DNA from: Anthoceros angustus
Taxonomy: Eukaryota > Plantae > Anthocerotophyta
Assembly (NCBI GenBank): GCA_010909165.1
Contig: MU008158.1
Coordinates: 3,543,897-3,606,971, forward strand
Length of the DNA stretch: 63,075 nucleotides
Direction of reading: 5' to 3'
Part shown: in pieces, positions 1 to 12,440 of the stretch
How the letters are laid out: the number at the start of each line of letters is the position of its first letter
How positions within the stretch are numbered: position 1 is the stretch's first letter
Program-made: the position numbers and the translations under genes
The notes under the pieces: model-generated
The model's database searches: none
The model's input: the letters and a program-made list of their open reading frames with translations, nothing else
What the model was told of the DNA's origin: nothing

Positions 1-760
1 GGCATCTTCGCAAACTCCGGACTAGAGTAGCGTTGTCAAAGGTCCGGACCATTTGGAACACGTCCGGATGCCACTCACCAATTCCCCACTTCCTCCGGCC
101 GGGGCCCAAGTCCGGATAGCGCGGGTCACAATGTTGCGCTCCACGAGGGTCCATGGCTCCCAGACTCCGTCGGCTTTTGGGTGCCATTGCTTTCCTCCTC
201 TTGTCAGAGCCGGCCGAGTCCGGCACGATGTTCCTCCTTCGCGCGTTGTTGCTCCAAACGGCGCCACGCTCTGGCGCCCAAAAGAGCGCGAGCCGGATTG
301 CGGGCGCAAGGCTGTGAGGATGCGGGCTGCCGTGACCTCCCTCCTTGGCGCTTGTGGAGTAAGCGCTGGCGGAAGGCGCCTCTTGTTGCGCGAGTGCATG
401 GCTTACTCGACCCTACGCTTCCTGCGGCCTTCGCCGCGCGGCAGCGGGCGTGAATACCTGCTTATAACGGCCTCGGCAGGTTACGGTCACTCTGCATGCG
501 ACCTCCACTCGGGGCCGTCACGTGGCGCCGCCTCTCGTCATCCTCACGCCTCGCTCCTAGGTTACTTTCCACGGCGTACTTATCCTATTTTGACTGGAGT
601 GGGTTCCGGACTTATCCGTTACTCGGCGTAGGGAGCTTGCCATAGTGGTCGGGGTCCGTTGTTCACTCAGTCCGGAGTATACTCGCCTCGTCCGGCGCTA
701 CCCCAATTTATTCCTCCTTTTCGCCTTATTTATCCTTCAATCCTAAAAAGCGAAACCTAC
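1..760 (-). mobile_element. Decayed copy of a dispersed GC-rich repeat family carrying an unknown ORF (window-truncated)
   Basis: Minus strand from ATG at 187 reads MAPK..VWEPWTLVERNIVTR with frameshifts. It is homologous to MGPKKVVEVLEPWRLVERNIVTRRYPD at 15190(-) and to the degenerate ORF starting at 4965(+). The upstream leaders are also loosely similar. Confidence 0.55.
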
Positions 761-3700
761 TTATTTCTGCTCCCGAAGTGCATAGCCCGCCCGCACCCTT
801 GGTAGTAAAACCCAGCAAGTCTGCTATTGGACCATGCACGAAACCCTAGCAAAATGCACCACGTCGAGCCGCCGTGAATTGATACCGATATAAGCCGAGA
901 CTCCTCACATTGCTCGAGGCGAGGCAAATCAAGTTGAATGCTTCGAAGCGATTTAGCCAATAGACATGCACGAGCGCTCACATGTCTTGATGCTGCCAGT
1001 TCGAGAGAAAATTAAAAGGCGCCCTACACGGGTACTGAAGTGATAAGTCCCGAACCGCGCATTACACACATTGCCACAATCTTTGCGGCGTACACACACA
1101 ATGTCTTTGCATTCTGACTAAATTCGACAACAACAAAATTGCGTGTGTTCGATAGCGTTCCTCCTAGGGACTTGACAAGCTGCCTTCCACCTTAGCCTTG
1201 AGGTCTTGTGCTCAAATGCCTTGCAACCACCTTGCATCTTGATGCAGTGGGCACCACACTCTTGGTCGGGCATCCTCAGATTGGAGTGATCATGTCTGCT
1301 TTCTCCCAGTGTGTGAGAGGGAGACTGGCCCAAGCTTGGCCATTTTGCGGGTTATTTCCACTTTCTGTTTAAGGGCATTTAGTATTATCGATGCAGTTAA
1401 ACTAAGCTAACAAAACCTACTTGCTAAGCCCTAGCTTCTAAGAGTTAGTTCCTAGCATCAGTTTCACGTCATTTCCGCATCTGCCGCTCTAAGTAGCTTG
1501 CCCATGAGACATCCACCCTACGGATCTGCGCATGGTGGGTTAGGAAATCTGGACTTTGAAGGTACTGCAAGCCAATGATTAACGTGTTTTGCTGAACCTT
1601 CTTGTGGCTGGCACTCTCGCGAATCCTGTTCAGGGGATCGTTGGACACAATATCATGCTCCAACTTTGTCTTTGGCATACATGGGTGAGTGAGGATAGGC
1701 GGTGAAGTGGCCCTCTTCCTTTTGCTGCCTGCCTTCTCTTTTTCTGATTGACTCTTTTTGCGTTTCTCCGCTCCTGTAATTCTCTTTCTCCCTTGTTGTT
1801 GCTCCACTCCTTTCTCCGGATTCTTGGGCACTGGGCTCAATTCCGCGTGATATTCCAGAAACAACTCCTGCAAACGATGCCTGGCTCCTATTGGATCTCC
1901 ACCCTCTCCTACGGGTGGTGACTCGTCACTGAATGCCTCATCATCATCCGCCTGATGCTCCATTTGTTTGTTTTGCGGAGATTCAGCTCCTTCGAAGTCC
2001 TTCTCTTCCATCTCCACCTGTTCGTGTCCATTGGAGGCATCATCTTCGGAGTCATTCACTTCATCCTCGAAAGCCACCTTAGTTTGCTTGAACTACTGCT
2101 CGGAGGACAAAGCTCGGGAAGTCTCGGCAAATAGAAGCCTTTGTGGGCCTGTTCCTTTGCTCTGCACGTAGAAGAGGGCTGCTGTGATTCCTCGGATCAT
2201 GTGCGTTGAAGCTCATAAAATGCCTCCCATCCTGCGGATATGATATCATTAGGGAAGTCATCGCAACCGAGCAGGCCCACAATGAAAGGCCTTCGAGCAG
2301 CCTTTCAAAAGGCTTTCAAAAGGCCTTTCGTGAAGCAGCTGTTCTGAAGGCCCACTGGCCTGAGAAATGAAGCGACGGACTTACATCTTCTTCCAACAAA
2401 GCGACCTTGAACTTTAACTTCCGGTGGCTTGGGTTTTGCATCTGAGCATCCAGTTGTCCAACTAAAGAACAAGTTGCTTGTCGTGAGCGTTTTTTCAGGG
2501 GACCTCGTCGGGCGCAATGGTCAGCAAGAGCTCGACTCCAATCTCCCCTTAGCTTCCCATCTCTGACCAAATTAGCCAACCTGCTCTCGCCGCTTGATTC
2601 TCATCGGCTCCTTCATACCCATTCACCCACACTTCCATGAGTGGGGATTCAGATTCTCCATCCGGGAAAGGAGGCAAAACCACGCTCCATTGCCTATCCA
2701 GCAAAATCCGTTTGGGAGTCACATCTTGCAACTTCTTGACGGTCAAGCTCGGTTGTAGTTAAGAGATACGGGCATCTCCCATTGCATCGGTTCACGCCTT
2801 CTTGGCCAAGGCGTCTCCATAAGCTTGGATGTTGGCTTCCTGCGGCTTTTGCCTTGGCCTTCACTTGACGGCACCGTTGCCTTGGCCTTAGCCGATCTTC
2901 AGATTCGGCCCGCAACACTCTTGCTTTGTTTGCGACTGCAAGTCTTGTCTTTCCAACTACGACCTTGCTTTGGCCTTGACTTGCCCAAAACCTGTCCGGA
3001 CTTTTGCTGCAGTTTTGCAAGGCTTACCAGTCGGTTTGTGTCCTCCACCTTGGCTCTGTGTCGTTTCGAAAGTGTTCCCTTCTCCACCGGACTTTGCCTT
3101 CTTGATCCTTAACTTCGCCATCGGAGACCTCACTTGAGCTCCTCTCTGCAGGGGCGCATTCCAGGCGGCGGAAGAAGCGGGATTGCTTTGCTCATCGTTT
3201 CGCCTCGTCAGGAGTTGCCGGCTCGATTGGGCGTGGGAGGACAAATCCCCATCCTTGCTATGCGCCGTGCCATACATGCACAACCCGCGAAAGCATCTTT
3301 GAAATAAAACAGCGCCATCAAACCGCAAAGACAAAGAGGCCTGCAAACCGCAATCACAAACAAGCCTGCAACCAAGCCTACATATCGCAACCCTTGCGTG
3401 CACCCAGGCTAGAGAATTGCAGTGACTCTGAAAACCTGAGGACTCGCGACTCTCTTACAGTTCTTGGCCTCGAACCCAACAATCCTCGACAATGCATGGT
3501 TAGTGGGCTATGAGCCCGCATCCAAAGTGCTTACGCGAGTTACAACCAGTTGAAGAGCTACGGCTAGTTTTTTTCTGCCGGGGCGTCTTGATTCTTGAGT
3601 CGTGCTCACTTGAAGGATTTCAAGTGCCTCCAGCGTTGGGTTTGCGGTCGGGGCGCCCTCATCTCCCGATTTCCAGCTGCGCGGGAGCTTCTTCGTTTCC

Positions 3701-3844
3701 ACCCTTAAGCCCGCATCTAGTTGTCCAGCTATCGGTGAGGCGGTGGAGCCACCAAGTCCGAATCATGACCTCTTTCACGCTTCTTTCGCCCTGACGTAGA
3801 GGTGCCCAAGGATGAGGCCATGATGACGTCAAGAGTAAACAGAA

Positions 3845-4022
3845 GGAAAGGGAGCTTACACGGAGGTTCTCGGGAGTAAGCTGAGCCGGTGTAAAAACGT
3901 GGGAAGCCTAGGGTTGGCAAAAGGGAAAGGGAGCTTACACGGAGGTCCTCGGGAGTAAACAGCGGAAGCCGCGAGTGTAAACAAGAATGTGGGTGTAAGC
4001 TACCTAGGGTTAGCAAAAGGGG
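3845..4022. repeat. Two-copy direct repeat, period about 79 bp
   Basis: GGAAAGGGAGCTTACACGGAGG(T/-)..CTCGGGAGTAA starts at 3845 and 3924. Both copies end in CCTAGGGTT(G/A)GCAAAAGGG. Confidence 0.8.
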
Positions 4023-4284
4023 ACAACCAATTAGGGTTTGGAATGGTTGACTTTAAATACTACCAGAACCAAATGAAAATATAATACAATTAGGAAATGC
4101 AAACCTCTTAAGAGAAGTATTCCCGTTTGGACGAGATCTTCGAAATGATAAACTTTCTATCCGAACCGTACAATGAGCAGAGAAAGAAATATTACTCTGA
4201 AGACAGAGCAACTTTTGTTTAGGACTATAGAACTTACAATGTCTGTCTAATGCTTACAGGATATGAAGCTCTGGTAGAACATAC

Positions 4285-7200
4285 TGTGGACCGCGGACTC
4301 TTCCCTGGGGTAGGAAATGAGTTAGGTTTTGTTTTTTTTCGTAGCCACGGAGTAGAAAATGAGGCGGAAAGGAAGAAATAAGTCCGGAGTACTCCCACCC
4401 AGACTCGAGAGTAGGTCGACCTGTGGAGTGGTCAAGGACTCGAGTACACTCCACGAGCCGCGATGACCCGGCGTCCGGACAAAGACATCGAGACGGTAAG
4501 TCCGGACCACACCCCGGGAGGCGGGACAGATAAGTACGCCAAGTAAAGTAACTTAGGAGTTGGAGCGTTGCAGATGAGGCCACGTGGGCCATCGGTGAGG
4601 TGGACGGGCATGCAGCAGGTATCAGACTGTAGGGCTGTTGCGGAGTATTCACGCTCAAAGATGCAGAGGCACGCTGGCACTGCAAGGCATGAGGCGTAAG
4701 CAAGCGGAAGCATGGCGTGCGCCGAGTAAGCCACGGCAACAAGAGCCGCCTCCGCTGACGGTTACTCTGACGAGTGGAGCGGGCGGAGGTCATTCTTTCA
4801 AGCAACCTCGGCGATTCGCACTCTCTCAAACACCCGCCTCTACGGGCGTTGTCTTCGAGCGCCAGCACCCTCACGCCGCCTGACTTATGCGGGCCACCCA
4901 GCAGGCAGGAGGCGAGAGATTGTGGAGCCTCAAGTCCCAATAGCGGAACAAAAGGAGCGCGGCGATGGGACCCAAGAAAGCGCTGAGGTGTGAGCCATGG
5001 CGCTTGGTGGAGCGAACATCACATTGCGCCACCCAGACTTGATGCATGCCGGAGGGGAGGCGGAGGAGCTGGTGGAGGAATAGCACCTAGATATTTTCTC
5101 TCAGCCGGACCTTTGGCCAGTCACCTTAGTCCTGAGTATGCCAAGATGCTGGGAAGGCCAACAAGGAGGTCTGCTCAAGAACTCGGAGGAGGACCTGGAG
5201 GTGAGTGAGGTCCTCGAGGCGGCCCACACCCGCCCGGAGGGGAGTAGGGGAGAAAATGAGCCCTGGAGGCGGCCGAAGCTACTGCGGCCCTCTGCTTACT
5301 AGGAATACAGCCCGATCCTCCAGCCGGGTCACGGGCCGGACCTCCCGGATAGGAGGGTACAACGCTGTAAGACACCGCCCACTGACGCGCTCACCTGGGT
5401 CTGAGTGGACCACCTTGGGGATAATCACGCTGTTCTCCACTGACCTCATGGAACCACGTACGCAAGGGATAATCTCAATCAACCGGGAGGCCGGGAAGGA
5501 GAAGCCACCCCTATTGCTATTGCCTCCTCACGGGGGCAGGCACAACCTCACGAAGGAGGGGAAGAGGAGCTAAGGCATTATGGTACGCCCTACGAGGCGA
5601 GAGAGAGGAAGAAGCAGTGAGGCGAGGCCCGCCCGCTCCAGAAAGCAAGCGGGTCCTAGGAGGAGGCTAATCGGGAGGATCTGACTCTTACATACGGAAC
5701 ACACCCCCTCGCCACCCAGGAAGTGTTGGAAGATTACTTCCTCTGGTTCCCAGAGCAACACAAGGCAGTGAAGAGGCGGCCAGGACGATGAGCAGGTCGC
5801 AACTCGGCGGCCGGCCAACAGCGCTACCGTCAGAGCACGACTGACGGCCAAGAAAGATAGCAATACCAGCGCCAGCCAGACGCCCTTGCCCTCACCAACC
5901 CGGAAAAGTGGCGAGTGAGGAGGCCGTCTGGCGGAAAGGACGCCTGCCCGAGCGAGGCACCGGCAAAGAACCCCCCAAGCTCCGCCCCGGCCTGACCGGG
6001 AGAGCAAGAGGGCCACTCCTGAACCCACCACCTCTGAGTCCCAGCGGAGAAGGCGGAGAAGGAGCTAGCGCCAAGAGGGCCAAGGGTAGAGGCTCGGGAC
6101 GAAGCACTGTGACCGAGGGTCCCGATTGGTCCGGAGAGTCCATCCGGACTCCCTCCGCAGATGGTCCTCGACGGACCGGGAGATGCCCGCCTCCCACATG
6201 CGGACTTCCTGCATCTCATCCAGTGTGGAAGAAACACGGGGTTTTGGCTACCGCTATGGATCGGTATGCTTTGGGGTCTCTGGCCGTGGAGAAGACCTAA
6301 GAAGGAGGGCCAAACCTGCCAAGGATGGTGGAACCTGTAAGGTGTAGGCGGCCCAAGTGAGGCCTAAGAAGAAATACCGCAAGGTGGAGGAGGTGGCCGG
6401 GCAATGAGAGAGGCCAGTCCCATAACAGATGTGTTAGGATCCTTCACTGTTGGAATACCAAGCTATAAGAGGCCCAAGCATCGGTCAAGACCTCCGTAAA
6501 CGAGGGAGGCAGCTGAGTATGAGTCGGAGGAGGCCCAAAGGCAAGCGGAGAGGCTCGAGACCTCGCCGAGAGCTCGGCCGACAGAGTGCACTCAAGCCCG
6601 GAAGCCTGGTGAAAGGTGCGGGGAGGTCAAGCCGCCGCCAAGACCGACCGAGACCACTACTGGGAGGGATAGGAACCGTGGAGGGGAACGGCAGGCATGG
6701 CCACGTGGCCAATCTCAAGGCCGAGCAAACTGCAGCTGGCGAGGCACTGCAAGTCAAGTGAGGAAAAGGAGGCCAAAGAACCGGGAGATGGAGGATCTCC
6801 GGACCCGATTCTGAAGCGGAGGGCGGCGAAATGGAGGGACCTGCAAGAAACCTTGGAGCCTCGGCTCAAGACACGCTTGAGCAAAGTGGAGCCCTTCAGA
6901 GTGATTGCGAACCATGAGCGGGAGATAGGGCGGCTCCGGCTGTTTGAGGAGCGGAGGAGAGTTGGCGGCGATCGAGGTTGGGCGTCGCCGAGTTAAAGAA
7001 GGCTGGAGGAAGCGAGGCCGGGCGGAGATCTGGGACCGCTTTGGAGAGGAGATGGCGGACCTCGGGGCAAAGATGAGCGGAGGGCGGAGGAGAGCGGCTG
7101 CTTGTCCCGGTGCGGAAGGCGGAGGAGGCGAAGCTCCATGGCGGCAAGGCTGGTCGAGCTACAACAGCGGAGGGAGGAGGGCCGCGTCGGCGGCGGCCGG

Positions 7201-9624
7201 AGGAGGTGTCGGAGGCGGCCTTGGCGGCCTCAGGGGAGTCTCGGCTGGCTTGGCAAGCTGTGTGAGACGGTTGGCCGGACAACACGCCCAGCTCACCTGA
7301 GCACCTCCGAGGAGGGAGTGCTCGGGCGCATGTGGAAGAGGCAATTCAACAGTCGATCTGCATTTTTGCCTATTACCACGCCGGAGCTCCTCAAGGCTCT
7401 AGAGATCTGCGTCACCCTCGATGATGGACTGGACCCCGGATGGGTCGGAAGGCGGAGTGAGGGAGGAAGGCCCGAGAGCGGCCGGGACCTTAGGGCGTTG
7501 CCCCAGCGGCCAGCAGGAGGAGATCATTTGGAGGCGGGCGTAATGAATGCCATCACACCGAGGTAAGCACTCCGCACCCGCCACAGCGGGGAAGGGAGGA
7601 GGGGCCTGGGGCTATAGAAGGAATGGGTCGGAACCACAGACCAAGGAGGCCCAGGTGAGGATGAACCTTTGGGTAGTCCACCGAGGTGCAATTCCAGGAC
7701 CCACGAGTCCGGGGCCCCGAGTTCCGGACTCAGAGAGAAGGCCGAACCCTAAGGTCCGGACTCCGGAGAAAAGACCGACCGAGGTCCTGACTCAGTCGAG
7801 GCCCGGACTTTGAGGTCCGGACTCGGGGAGTAGAAGGGGTCACCAATCACCGCTCGCATGGTGAGCTATCTTAGAGGGCTCAACAAGGCCCACCAAATGA
7901 GGCAAGAGAGGAGGGAGGAGGAGGACTTGGTGGTGATTGCCGATGTCGTGCCACGGTGGCTCGGCTGACAGTGCAGGAAGGGGAAGGCCCGCCTCATGGA
8001 TCATCCGATTGGGTGCGCCCGCGCTTGTCGTGGCTAGGGCTTGAGCCAAGGCAACTGGGAGCAACCCTTAGCCCCACCACTTAGAGATAGGCGGAATAGG
8101 GGAAATAGTAGGCGGCGGCTAGATGAGGCCAGCCATCGACTCGGAGAATAGGAGTGTAATAAAGACGCCCACCTTGGGCGTAGTATAAGAGGGCCTGAGT
8201 CGCTCTAGTAAAGTATCTTTCTCTTGGTGTGGATACTGCGTTTTCTTGCACTGTGAGTCTTCTTGCTAACGTGAGTCCCGAGTCACGAGCACGGCGGCCG
8301 GAGAGATTGATCAAGGTCCCGTGACCGGACCCAACGTGTGGTGGTGTGTGCGGGCGAACGATAGAGACCCTTGCTCGTCGAGCGCTGACCGACGGGCATG
8401 ACCGAACGTGTGAGCCGGAGGAACTCCGGAAGGGCGTGTAGAGCCGGAGGTGAGGCTGGCGGAGCGGCCGGAGGAGGTCCGGATCACGCAGCCCCACCGC
8501 TTTTCCCCAAACGATGGGTGAGAAGGCGGAGTGAGGGAGGAAGGCCCGAGAGCGGCCGGGACCTTAGGGCGTTGTTCGGCAACCGGCGGAGGAGATCGGT
8601 GAGGCGGGGGCGTAATGAATGCCATGCGCTGAGGTAAGCACTCCGCACCCGCCACAGCGGGGAAGGGAGGAGGCCACAGGGGCCATAGAAGGAATGGGTC
8701 CGGGAACCCTGGACCAAAGGGAGGGCCCGGTGGGTGAGGATGAACCTTTGGGTAGTCCACCGAGCAGGCAATTCCAAGGACCCACGAGTCCGGGCCCTGA
8801 GTTCCGGACTCCAGAGAGAAGGCCGAACCCTAAGGTCCGGACTCCAGAGAAAAGACCGACCCGGAGGTCCGGACTCCAGAGTCGAGACTGGACTTTGAGG
8901 TCCAGACTCAGGGAGTAGAAGGGGGTCACCAATCACCTGCTCAGACAGAGCCATCTCTTAGAGGGCTCGCTGAACAAGGGCCCACCAGCGAGGCAAGAGA
9001 GGAGGGGAGGAGGACTTGGTGGTGGCCAGGTGTCGAGCCGCCCCGGTGGCTCGGCTGACAGTGCAGGAAGGGGAAGGCCCGCCTTGCGGATCATCCGATT
9101 GGGTGCGCCCGTTGTCGAGCTAGGGCTTGGGCCGCGCCAAGGGAACCGAGGCAACTAGCCCCACCGCCCAGATAGATAGCGTAGATAGGGGAAATAGTAG
9201 GCGGCGGCTAGGGCCCACCGAGCTGGCCATCGACTCGGAGAATAGGAGTGTAATAAAGGCATGACCTTGGGCGTAGTATAAGAGGGCCAGTCGCTCTAGT
9301 AAAGTATCTTTCTCTTGGTGTGGATCTGCGTTTTCTTGCAGACCCTCGTGAGTCTTCTTGCTAACGTGAGTCCTGAGTCACTTGAGCAGGCCGCGGCGGC
9401 CGGAGAGATTGATCAAGGTCCCGTGACCGGACCCTAGTGTGTGGTGGTGTGTGCGGGCGACGATAGAGACCCTTGCTCGTCGAGCGGCGGGGCCAAGCGT
9501 TGGGCGGGGCCGGGCGTGTGGCCGGAGGAACTCCGGAAGGGCGTGTAGAGCCGGAGGTGAGGCTGGCGGAGCGGCCGGAGGAGGTCTGGACCACGCGACC
9601 ACCACCTTTTCCCCAAACGATGGG
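4285..9624 (+). mobile_element. Large decayed GC-rich retroelement-like segment (unknown ORF plus LTR U3/R/U5-like tail)
   Basis: A broken ORF starts ATGGGACCCAAGAAA at 4965 (same family as 187(-) and 15190(-)). 7130-7830 is homologous to 55350-56510. 8080-8313 has AATAAA and TATAAGAG and ends GATTGATCA, followed by a PBS-like AGGTCCCGTGACCGG. No TSD or second LTR was identified. Confidence 0.45.
7440..9624. repeat. Tandem duplication, unit about 1.08-1.1 kb (7440-8518 / 8519-9624)
   Basis: GAAGGCGGAGTGAGGGAGGAAGGCCCGAGAGCGGCCGGGACCTTAGGGCGTTG occurs near 7448 and 8522. Both units end TTTTCCCCAAACGATGGG. There are many small indels between copies. Confidence 0.9.
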
Positions 9625-9668
9625 ATGGCGAGTGGTGAGAAGAGCGGACTAGGAGAGCAGTGGCGGTT

Positions 9669-11078
9669 GGAATGATACTGACGCGAACGAGTCCTTAAAC
9701 GTTGGCTGCTTTCGGCCTGCTCGGATTTGTAATAGTTAGTCGTAAAACGGTGAACGTGTGTGTTTGAGTCTGAAACGGTCACGGCGTTGAGGTGAGAAAC
9801 GATTGAAACGTGGCAAACGAAGCCTATCATTCTTTTGGGAACGGACTCCTTACTACAACGACACGGGATTGTGCGCGCCCAGCTGGCCGTCAGCGAAAGT
9901 CGCGCCACACATACCTAGAAAGTATGCTATCCGTAAAACTATGAAAGTACTATGGTAAAATGATGGAGAATAGCTCGAACACTATAAAGTGCAAAAGTTA
10001 AAAAACTGGTAACTTTTATTTTGCTTGAAAGAGAGAGAAAAGAGAGCTATAAGGATTGGATAGAACAATGCTCTTAAAATGCTCCAGGACCTCGACTATC
10101 GCCTCGGTCTAGCCGAGTGGGGCGACCCTGCCCCACCGCCGCCTCTACGCCTGTGAATGGACGTTAGACGGCCCAGAACGGTCTCCAACTGGCCACCGGA
10201 TTCTCCGCGACGCCCCGCCCGCTCCCTAATACATGCTGGACTGATGGAGAGTCCCCAAAGATCGACCCCAGCCCCATACTCGGGATACGGACCCGGCAAA
10301 TCCCACATGGGCGGGCGCATGGTAATTCGAGATGGTCGCCACCACCATCGACCATGCCACGATGGTGGAATGATACTGACGACTGACGAGTCCTTAAACG
10401 CGTTTGGCCAAGCCGGCCTTTGTGTGATGCGAATAGTTAGTAAAAGCGGTGACGTGTGTGTTTGAGTCGAAGCATTACTGCGTTGAGGTGAGAAACGATT
10501 GAAGCGTGTGGCGACTATCATTCTTTGGGAACGGACTCCTTACTACAACGACACGGGATTGTGCGCGCCGGTGGCCGTCGAGTCGGCACACACATACCTA
10601 GAAAGTATGCTATCCGTAAAACTATGAAAGTACTATGGTAAAATGATGGAGAATAGCTCGAACACTATAAAGTGCAAAAGTTAAAAAACTGGTAACTTTT
10701 ATTTTGCTTGAAAGAGAGAGAAAAGAGAGCTATAAGCCGGGTGGATAGAACAACAGCTCTTAAAATGCTCACAGACCTCGACTATCGCCTCGGTCTGCAG
10801 TCGAGTGGGGCGCACGTCTCGGCCCGGCCTCGGCGCTCACGCCTGTGAATGGGACGTTAGCGTTGGGGCGCCTGAACGGTCTCGGCCCGGCCTCGGCGTT
10901 CTCGGCGTAACGCCCCGCCCGTCAGTTCCTAATACATGCCTGGGGACCGGAGAGTCCCGACGCCAGGACCCCAGCCCCATACTGGGGCCCAAGCAAATCC
11001 CACATGGGCGGGCGCACATGGTAATTCAGGATGGGTACTGCCCACCACCATCGACCATGCCACGATGGTGGGAATGAC
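9669..11078. repeat. Tandem duplication, unit about 700 bp
   Basis: GGAATGATACTGACG occurs at 9669 and 10367. A near-identical AT-rich block (CATACCTAGAAAGTATGCTATCCGTAAAAC...) occurs at about 9910 and 10592. Both units end CACCACCATCGACCATGCCACGATGGTGG. Confidence 0.9.
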
Positions 11079-11199
11079 ATGGCAAGCCCCCGGCAGTCAT
11101 GGGGAGGACCAGCCACACACAGGGCAAATGCGGACCTATGCCTCCCAGCGCATGCGAAGCACTCGGGAGCACCCACGCATTCAGCCCACTAATCGCATG

Positions 11200-11650
11200 C
11201 ATGTGCGAGTAAGCAATGCCATGGTGGACAATAGGGAAGGTCATGTCACTGTGAATGGCTATGCTCCCAAGCTCATGCTCTTAGACACGGGTGCTCAGCC
11301 AGTGATCATTGGCAAGGCTCTCACAGCCAGACTCAACCTCCAGGGAACGGCACTCCGCCATTCACCCTAGAACATCAGGACAACATCTGGCGCTGTGGAA
11401 CCCGTATGTGGGGAGACTGTTCAGCCACTTGCTATCACACTCAAGCCCGGGACAGCCGCTGCCATGACATTGGCAATCCATTGCCTTGTCACGACAGCCG
11501 CTAACTACGGCATCCTCCTTGGACAGGAATTTTTGTTCCCACCCGGCATCAGCGTGGACAATTGGACAGAGCAGGCTCACTACCGTCCAGATTGGCGTAG
11601 TGGGGGTCAGCGAGTGGCACATTTCCCATTGGATCTGCATGGTGGATGGG
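11200..11650 (+). pseudogene. Ty3/gypsy-type aspartic protease (retropepsin) domain, decayed
   Basis: Reads VTVNGYAPKLMLLDTGAQPVIIG (catalytic D at 11284-11286). After one in-frame TAG it continues ...NYGILLGQEFLFPPGISVDNW, matching the retropepsin D[TS]GA and ILG motifs. Confidence 0.8.
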
Positions 11651-11959
11651 ATGTTGATGCTGCCACCGTCCTTGCTGCCGGGCCCTGGTGGCGACCATAC
11701 AGTGTCGCCCCTTAGGTGCTTCCACGGCGGCCGGTGTTGGTAAGAAGCTGGCGGAGCTTGATGACCTTGACCCAACTCAGGAGGATGGCAGCCTGGTAAC
11801 AGCAACGTGCTTGGGAGACACACCACCAGCATTCGAGCTATCCGACTTGGTTCAGCAGGCTCTCCCACACGTGCAGCAAGCACTGCAGCTTCAGCAATCA
11901 CCGTTGAGCGGAAAGGAGTCCCCCAACATTGTGAGTCAGCATGTCATCTTGTGGCTGAC

Positions 11960-12440
11960 TCCTCCTTTTGGCATTACGGTCTTAGAACTGTTCGGTGGAA
12001 TCTACACAGGCTAGGAAGCACTCTTGCTGAATGGGATCCTGGTTGGCCATTATGTCTACTGTGACCACTGCCCCACGGCGCAATGGATCGTTGCCTTTCG
12101 TCTTGAGCTACATATTCCCTTACTGCTATCTCATGCACTTTTTGCGATTCCCAGGACATTCGGCCCTGCAAAAGTCAACACATTCAGCTCTTGGCCCCCA
12201 TTCACTTCGTGATTGCAGACTGGGAATGTCAAGGCTTTTCTCAAGCCTTTGGGTGGTTGCAAGACCCACTTGCTCTCAGGACCTTGGGCATCTTAAGATC
12301 CGAATTCTCGCTGCGCTTACTTGCTGGAGAATACACCGGCGCCGCTGGACACTCGGCTGCAAGTTCGCTAGGATATGGCCATCATCCAGTAGCATGTGGG
12401 CACCCCCTTGCTTCTTGATGCCGTTCACGTGGGAAGAAGT
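11960..12440 (+). pseudogene. C5-cytosine DNA methyltransferase domain (motifs I-VIII), retrotransposon-embedded, decayed and 3'-truncated
   Basis: Motif I GITVLELFGGIYTG*EAL (11970-12023); motif II-like YVYCD; motif IV IHFVIADWECQGFS (Cys codon 12227-12229); motif VI AYLLENTP (12315-12338); motif VII/VIII lead-in GTPLLLDAVHVG (12399-12434). The order and spacing are correct, across two frameshifts and three TAG stops. Confidence 0.8.

Noticed and set aside
1469-3400. Fragmented acidic/basic low-complexity ORFs on the minus strand
   Set aside because: Probably a decayed TE accessory gene, but I can assign no family or boundaries.
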